Shown here in pieces: positions 18,724 through 24,000 of a stretch of DNA of 24,000 bases (position 1 is its first letter; every line of letters starts with the position of its first letter). The stretch covers positions 48,662-72,661 of the forward strand of contig CAAEKO010000034.1 of NCBI GenBank assembly GCA_900756545.1. Direction: 5' to 3'. Position numbers and translations under genes: made by a program. Below the pieces are notes generated by a model. It was not told the DNA's origin. It ran no database searches and saw only the letters and a list, made by a program, of their open reading frames with translations. This DNA is from Clostridia bacterium. Its GTDB lineage: Bacteria > Bacillota > Clostridia > UBA1381.

Positions 18724-19461
18724 TTAATCCTCGTAATCGTCTTCGTTTTCCCAGTTGTGCCATACATTCTGGACGTCGTCGTTGTCTTCCAGATTCTCCA
18801 ATAGCTTACCCATCATCGTAAGCTGTTTTTCATCTGTCAGCGTAACCATAGTCTGGGGAACCATGCTGATTTCAGCGGAAGATAACGTATATTTTTGCTC
18901 TAATGCGTCCCGGGCAGCGTGAAAATCTGCCGGGGCTGTAGTGATCTCATAATATTCCTCTTCCGCGGCAATATCCTCTGCACCGGCCTCCAGTGCGTCC
19001 ATGGTAATCGTGTCCTCGTCAATATCCTCGTTCTCAATGACGATAACCCCTTTTTGATCAAACATAAAGCTGACGCATCCGGTCTGACCCATGTTTCCGC
19101 CGAATTTATCAAAGTAGTGCCGCACGTCCGCCGCGGTACGGTTGCGGTTATCGGTCAGCGTTTCTACGATCACCGCCACGCCATTCGGGCCATAGCCCTC
19201 ATAGGTAATATTTTCGTAGTTATCGCCTTCTGTACTGCCCGCCGCCTTTTTGATCGTACGGTTAATGTTGTCGTTCGGCATATTCGCCGCGCGGCCTTTG
19301 GCGATAGCGTCCTTCAATGATGAATTATTATCAGGGTCAGGGCCGCCTGCTTTAACGGCCACAATGATCTCACGGGCAATCTTGGTGAAGATTTTAGCTC
19401 GCTGCGCATCATTGGCGCCCTTCTTCCGTTTAATTGTACTCCATTTTGAATGACCTGACAT
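18724..19461 (-). CDS. yebC: YebC/PmpR family protein
   Basis: [73 protein letters not shown] is the conserved YebC N-terminus. Confidence 0.97.
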   Translation of the reverse strand: MSGHSKWSTIKRKKGANDAQRAKIFTKIAREIIVAVKAGGPDPDNNSSLKDAIAKGRAANMPNDNINRTIKKAAGSTEGDNYENITYEGYGPNGVAVIVETLTDNRNRTAADVRHYFDKFGGNMGQTGCVSFMFDQKGVIVIENEDIDEDTITMDALEAGAEDIAAEEEYYEITTAPADFHAARDALEQKYTLSSAEISMVPQTMVTLTDEKQLTMMGKLLENLEDNDDVQNVWHNWENEDDYED

Positions 19462-19480
19462 CTTGTTCTCTCCTTAGAAA

Positions 19481-20206
19481 TTATTCTTCCGTATCCTCTG
19501 TTTCCGCCGCTCGGTAATCGGGATAATCCCCGTATCTGCGCCGCGAGCCTCTGGTAGTATAAGATTTCGCGTTTTTCGGCGCGATAACCACCTTCCGGTA
19601 AGGCTCTTCTCCTACAGAAAATGTTGTAACAGCCTCATTGGCCTGCAAATTGGCATGAATGATCCGCCTCTCATAGGGATTCATCGGCTCCAACGTATAT
19701 TTACGGCCGCTTTTTGCAACCTTATCTGCAAGCCGTGCAGACAGGGCGACCAATGCCTGCTCCCGCTTGGCTCTATAATTTTCTGTATCAATCGTGACTT
19801 TTATGTAGTCGTCCGATTCATGATTCACAATCAGGGATGTCAAGTACTGCAGACTGTCCAATGTATCTCCACGTTTGCCAATCACGATCCCCATATGCTC
19901 GCCGGACAACGCAATGTTCAACGCGCCGCCCTCTGCTCTTGCGTCAATATCCACATCTAAGGCCATGGCCTTAAAAACATCGTCTAAAAAAACCCGTGCC
20001 GCCTTTGTAGCCGGCTCTTTCAGCTCCGCGCTGACCTTAGCCTCCTTAGAACCAATGCCTAAAAATCCTTTTGTACCTTCATCCAATACAGTAACAATAG
20101 CTTCGTCCGCGGAAACGCCTAGTTCATCTAAGGCAAGCTTCGTAGCCTCACTTACGCTTTTTGCTGTTTTTTCTGTTTTTTTCAGGAACTTTAACAACGA
20201 ACTCAT
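19481..20206 (-). CDS. jag: Jag/KhpB RNA-binding protein (Jag-N, KH, R3H); exact start uncertain
   Basis: KH motif GIVIGKRGDTLDSLQYLTSLIVN and R3H segment LEPMNPYERRIIHANLQANEAVTTFSVGEEPYRKVVI. Located directly after yidC and overlapping its end. Confidence 0.93.
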   Translation of the reverse strand: MSSLLKFLKKTEKTAKSVSEATKLALDELGVSADEAIVTVLDEGTKGFLGIGSKEAKVSAELKEPATKAARVFLDDVFKAMALDVDIDARAEGGALNIALSGEHMGIVIGKRGDTLDSLQYLTSLIVNHESDDYIKVTIDTENYRAKREQALVALSARLADKVAKSGRKYTLEPMNPYERRIIHANLQANEAVTTFSVGEEPYRKVVIAPKNAKSYTTRGSRRRYGDYPDYRAAETEDTEE

Positions 20207-21143
20207 CCTCCTTTTGATCAAAATAATTGTTTAGAAAATATTGCTGCGCCATCTGGAATATATTGGATACAATCCAGTAAATACCTAATCCTGATGGCAG
20301 TGTGAATGCGAAGAACCCAGTCATAACGGGCATCATAATATTCATGCTTTTAGACATGGACGCCGCCGGATTTTCTTCACCGCCTGCCGCAGCTTGGCCG
20401 CTCATCTTCTGAGACTGCTTCATACTGAGCCAAGTAGTCAAAACCGCGACTGCCGGGATCAAGAGCAATAGGACGATGCTCAAGTGGGTGAAATCCCCGC
20501 TGAACAGCTGACCGATATAGCTGAATGCCCGGGAAGGCACTTCTGCCAGATCCAGGCCCAGAAAATTGAAGTTGATAGACCAGCTGTCCCCCGCTCCGTT
20601 AAGCAGGGTACTCCATGTAGACAGCCGGATCTGCTCATTTTTCAAAAGCAGGGTTTGTAAATCCGCAATCTTATCCGGCAAATAGCTTGCATACTTTGAA
20701 AATGTATTGGGCCATTCTACGCTCATACGCTGGATGATTTCCCCTACTTTGGAAATAGTCTCCGGCGCTTTTGCGTCAACGCCCAGTATATGGGTCAGCG
20801 GGCTTTGAATAACCCGGTAGAGGCCGATCAAAATCGGCATCTGGATCAAGAGCGGCAGACAGCCGCCCATCATACTGACATTATTATCCTTGTAAAGCTT
20901 CATCATTTCTCGCTGCAGCTTTTCCTTATCATTGGCATACTTTTTCTGCAACTCTGCCAAAACCGGCTGGATTTTTTGCTGCTTTTTCATCGCCTTCTGG
21001 GATTTAAATGTCAACGGGAAAACAATGAGCTTGATTACCAGCGTAAACAGGATGATTGATAACCCATAGTTCTTGACGATATTATAGATCAGCCGGATGA
21101 TAAACCCCAATGGGATCGCAATAATTTCAAATAAATCTAACAT
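20148..21143 (-). CDS. yidC: YidC/Oxa1/SpoIIIJ membrane protein insertase
   Basis: YGLSIILFTLVIKLIVFPLTFKSQKAMKKQQKIQPVLAELQKKY and the C-terminal FFAFTLPSGLGIYWIVSNIFQMAQQYFLN. Confidence 0.96.
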   Translation of the reverse strand: MLDLFEIIAIPLGFIIRLIYNIVKNYGLSIILFTLVIKLIVFPLTFKSQKAMKKQQKIQPVLAELQKKYANDKEKLQREMMKLYKDNNVSMMGGCLPLLIQMPILIGLYRVIQSPLTHILGVDAKAPETISKVGEIIQRMSVEWPNTFSKYASYLPDKIADLQTLLLKNEQIRLSTWSTLLNGAGDSWSINFNFLGLDLAEVPSRAFSYIGQLFSGDFTHLSIVLLLLIPAVAVLTTWLSMKQSQKMSGQAAAGGEENPAASMSKSMNIMMPVMTGFFAFTLPSGLGIYWIVSNIFQMAQQYFLNNYFDQKEDEFVVKVPEKNRKNSKKRK

Positions 21144-21160
21144 TCTTTTTTCTTTCTCTC

Positions 21161-21373
21161 CTATTCTAATGGGTCGTACCCACCCTTATGGAAGGGATGG
21201 CAGCGAAGCACCCGCCGAAGCGCAAGATACCCGCCTTTCAGCGCGCCATATTTTTCAAGCGCCTGCACCGCATATTCCGAGCAAGTGGGAATAAACCGGC
21301 AGCAGGCTCCGCCCTTGTATGGCGAAATATTTTTCTGGTAAGACCGGACAAGCCAGATCAAAAGCTTTTTCAC
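21161..21373 (-). CDS. yidD: membrane protein insertion efficiency factor YidD; likely GTG start overlapping the rnpA stop
   Basis: [68 protein letters not shown]. Confidence 0.95.
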   Translation of the reverse strand: MKKLLIWLVRSYQKNISPYKGGACCRFIPTCSEYAVQALEKYGALKGGYLALRRVLRCHPFHKGGYDPLE

Positions 21374-21690
21374 GACACAAACATCTCCAGTTTCTGCATT
21401 GCTGCCCGAACGTCCGCATCCACATCCCAAAAGGACTTGTCCACCGCGCGGCTGCGCGCCACGATTACAATATCAAAGCCTTGTTTTAATTCCTGTTCCA
21501 AAAGGCGGAAGCTTTCCCGCATAACCCGTTTGGCACGGTTGCGCCTGACCGCATTGCCCACAGCCTTGCCGCAGGTTAGGCCAAGACGATTGCGACCCTG
21601 CCGGTTTCTTAGTGCGTATACCACAACGCTCTGTCGCACCGCGCTTTTTCCGCGGTAATATACTCTTTTGAAATCCTTATTGAGCTTCAT
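21370..21690 (-). CDS. rnpA: ribonuclease P protein component (start at 21690 or 21711)
   Basis: [18 protein letters not shown]...[29 protein letters not shown]. Confidence 0.95.
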   Translation of the reverse strand: MKLNKDFKRVYYRGKSAVRQSVVVYALRNRQGRNRLGLTCGKAVGNAVRRNRAKRVMRESFRLLEQELKQGFDIVIVARSRAVDKSFWDVDADVRAAMQKLEMFVS

Positions 21691-21812
21691 CGTCTCAGTA
21701 TTCATATTCAACTCCGCAGTCTCGGCTCTGCCTGCAAAGCCGGGAAATTTTCTGAAAATTCAAAAAAGGCAAAAAGCACGAGGCCTTTGCCTCCTTACTT
21801 CTCGCCTCATTC

Positions 21813-21947
21813 TTACGCTGACAATTTCTTTCTGCCTCTTTGTCTTCTTCTTGCAATGATCTTTCTGCCGGAAGCAGTTTTCATTCTTTTTCTGAAACCG
21901 TGCTCTTTTTTTCTCTGGCGCTTTTTCGGTTGATACGTCCTCAGCAT
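21813..21947 (-). CDS. rpmH: 50S ribosomal protein L34, missing from the supplied ORF track
   Basis: Reverse complement reads [44 protein letters not shown]. Confidence 0.97.
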   Translation of the reverse strand: MLRTYQPKKRQRKKEHGFRKRMKTASGRKIIARRRQRGRKKLSA

Positions 21948-22023
21948 TGTCCGGACACCTCCCCAAACAAAATTATTTCTTCCAATCTATGGAGAAAACC
22001 CCATAAAATTAGACACCATACCC

Positions 22024-22052
22024 ATTATACAAAAAACTTTGTCCCTTGTCAA
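22024..22052 (-). promoter_or_regulatory. strong sigma-A promoter of the rpmH operon
   Basis: On the minus strand TTGACA (22052-22047), 17 bp, TATAAT (22029-22024); both hexamers match consensus. Confidence 0.85.
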
Positions 22053-22156
22053 GTATTTTTCCAATATTTTTTTCATCCGTGGAATCTCAACAAAAAATGA
22101 CGAATAATGTGTTTTCGTTTTGCATACAATTTTAGTGCGAAATTTTCAATAAAATC

Positions 22157-22185
22157 TTGTTTTCGGCTTATACATGTGATAAAAT
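22157..22185 (+). promoter_or_regulatory. promoter of the YkgJ-like gene
   Basis: TTGTTT (22157-22162), 17 bp, TAAAAT (22180-22185). Confidence 0.5.
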
Positions 22186-22232
22186 AGATCTGTATAAGTA
22201 TTTTTTTTGATTCTGAAAACAGGAGGAATATC

Positions 22233-22751
22233 ATGAATACAGCCTACGTTTACCTGCAGCTTTATAAATTATTCGACAATATCACCCCCATCCGGGCAGA
22301 CTGCGGGAAATTGTGCGGCAAAGCGTGCTGCCGCGGCAAGGACAGCGGCATGTACCTGTTTCCCGGTGAAAAAAAGGTTTTCGACCTACTGACTCCGGAC
22401 TGGATCAAAACTGCGGATACGGACTTTAAGTATACATACAATAATCAGGAAAAGACACTGCCTATCGCGTTTTGTTCCGGCCGCTGCGATCGGTTTGAGC
22501 GGCCGCTGGCCTGCCGGATATTCCCCCTTACCCCTCATCTGGATACAAACAGAAGGCTGGAGATCATTATTGATCCCCGCGCAAGAGCAGTCTGTCCCCT
22601 TACTCATGGACTTAGTTTAGAGGAATATGATCCCCGGTTCATCCGGAACATCTACAAGGTCTTTAGCCTTCTGATGAAAAACAGCGAATTCCGCGGATTT
22701 ATGGATGTTTATTCCGCATACTTAGACGATTTCAGGAAATTTTTTAAATAA
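22233..22751 (+). CDS. YkgJ-like cysteine-cluster protein
   Basis: CGKLCGKACCRG...CSGRCDRFERPLACRIFPLTPH...CPLTHG cysteine pattern. AGGAGG RBS near 22221. Confidence 0.75.
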   Translation: MNTAYVYLQLYKLFDNITPIRADCGKLCGKACCRGKDSGMYLFPGEKKVFDLLTPDWIKTADTDFKYTYNNQEKTLPIAFCSGRCDRFERPLACRIFPLTPHLDTNRRLEIIIDPRARAVCPLTHGLSLEEYDPRFIRNIYKVFSLLMKNSEFRGFMDVYSAYLDDFRKFFK

Positions 22752-22765
22752 GGACGGTTCTATAC

Positions 22766-24000
22766 ATGGATGAAATAATAAAAAAGGGAAATACAGGAAA
22801 ACGGAATAAAAAAACCGTTATCCTTTTAATTATCGCAGGCGTAACCGCTCTGCTATTCGGCGGATTCTTGTCTCTTTCACTGGTACTGCCGGATAATGTA
22901 ATCGCGGGCAATGTTTCTGTTCGCAGTATTGATTTGGGCGGCATGACGCTTGAGGAGGCACAGGCCGCTATCCGCAAAGCTGATTTATTCAAAAATGTGA
23001 CGTTAACGCTGGAGCATGACGGCACAATAAAGGAAATCCCAGCGCAGGATATCAGCTTGGACGTTGACGCCGAAGCCACCGCGCAAAAGGCCTTTGCTGT
23101 ATGCAAATCCGGCAGCATATTTAAGGATTCTTTTGACCACCTGAAGTTATTTTTCACACAAGAAAATATAGCGGTCGTGCCCAAAGCAGATACTGATACC
23201 TTGGACGCTATTCTGTTTGCATTAGGAGCTGAGGCTAATGGAGAGATGACTGACCACCAGGTCACTATTGCTGACGGCGCGGCAACTATTATACCCGGGC
23301 AGCCGGGGCAGTCCCGTGACACCCAAAAGGCTCGTGAAGAGGTTCTTGCATCCGCCGCTACAGGAAAATATGACGGCATCTCTGTAACATTAGAAAAAAC
23401 AGAGCCGGAAAAACTGACGGCTGACAGCGCATATGAGCTAATCCACAAGGAGCCTCAGAATGCGGAATATCAATATGAGGGCAATACTGTGACTGTCTCC
23501 CAAAGCGTTGTAGGCTGTGATGTGGACAAAGCTCTGCTGGATGAAGCAGTCGCAAAGGTTAACAGCGGCGCACAGGCCACTGTTCCAGTGACAGTGACCG
23601 AACCGGCCCGGACAACAGAGGTCCTCCAGTCCAAGCTGTTTAACTCAACGCTGGCCAGTTATTCCACAACGTTCTCTACAGCTGCGGCAAACCGTGCGGC
23701 TAATGTGGAGCTGGCTGCCAGCAAGATTAATGATACAGTCCTCGCGCCAGGGCAGGTCTTTTCCTATACGGAGGTTCTCGGCAATCCCTCTCTGGCAAAC
23801 GGCTTTAAAGTCGCGCCGATATATGAGAACGGAAAATCCTCCCAGGGCGTTGGCGGCGGCGTCTGCCAGGTTAGCAGCACACTGTATTCTGCAGTGCTTT
23901 ATGCAGATTTAGAGGTAGTATCCCGGCAGAATCATTCCTTGACGGTTGCCTATCTCCCAAAAGGCCAGGACGCAACTTTCGCCTACGGCTCCATAGATTT
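22766..24000 (+). CDS. VanW-family protein with N-terminal TM and YoaR-like peptidoglycan-binding-type domains, truncated by the window end
   Basis: Open frame to the window end: MDEIIKKGNTGKRNKKTVILLIIAGVTALLFGG, ...VRSIDLGGMTLEEAQAAI, ...SYSTTFSTAAANRAANVELAASKINDTVLAPGQVFSYTEVLG, ...GVGGGVCQVSSTLYSAVLYADLEVVSRQNHS (VanW signature). Confidence 0.9.
   Translation, partial: MDEIIKKGNTGKRNKKTVILLIIAGVTALLFGGFLSLSLVLPDNVIAGNVSVRSIDLGGMTLEEAQAAIRKADLFKNVTLTLEHDGTIKEIPAQDISLDVDAEATAQKAFAVCKSGSIFKDSFDHLKLFFTQENIAVVPKADTDTLDAILFALGAEANGEMTDHQVTIADGAATIIPGQPGQSRDTQKAREEVLASAATGKYDGISVTLEKTEPEKLTADSAYELIHKEPQNAEYQYEGNTVTVSQSVVGCDVDKALLDEAVAKVNSGAQATVPVTVTEPARTTEVLQSKLFNSTLASYSTTFSTAAANRAANVELAASKINDTVLAPGQVFSYTEVLGNPSLANGFKVAPIYENGKSSQGVGGGVCQVSSTLYSAVLYADLEVVSRQNHSLTVAYLPKGQDATFAYGSID

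Noticed and set aside
21188-21658. Plus-strand ORF of 156 aa opposite yidD/rnpA, and the 21840-22100 plus ORF opposite rpmH
   Set aside because: Antisense to clear yidD, rnpA and rpmH genes.
22744-23448. Minus-strand ORF of 234 aa
   Set aside because: Antisense to the convincing VanW-family CDS; the translation is a low-complexity Ser/Ala-rich sequence with no recognised motifs.

Overview
The window has two parts. (1) About 1-18.4 kb is AT-rich accessory DNA from a Gram-positive (Bacillota-like) genome. It contains: an RES-domain protein with an upstream partner ORF; a tyrosine recombinase pseudogene with two apparent frameshifts; a large BspA-like/MBG/InlB-repeat/SLH surface protein; a ParM/ParR-like partition pair; a mobilization module (MobC-like protein, relaxase, and a third gene nested in the relaxase 3' end); a complete IS1182-like element with terminal inverted repeats; a candidate BECR-fold nuclease gene; a STAND (NB-ARC-like) ATPase with TPR-like repeats; and a tnpW plus TnpX-like large serine recombinase module. 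The recombinase carries an in-frame TAA. The right half of this region looks like an integrative mobilizable element (IME) that may have lost autonomous excision. (2) About 18.7-24 kb is core chromosome: yebC, jag, yidC, yidD, rnpA and rpmH on the minus strand, then a divergent YkgJ-like cysteine-cluster protein and a VanW-family protein cut by the window edge. The most interesting items are: a triplet of TCAA(T) direct repeats with an exact 11-bp period, found at three separate intergenic sites, including the divergent STAND/tnpW promoter region and the region just upstream of parM; the STAND ATPase and adjacent nuclease-like gene as a possible defence cargo; a Cys/His/Asn papain-like (CHAP-like) segment inside the SLH surface protein; and a hairpin-rich candidate oriT. 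All assignments are from reading the sequence; no database search was run.
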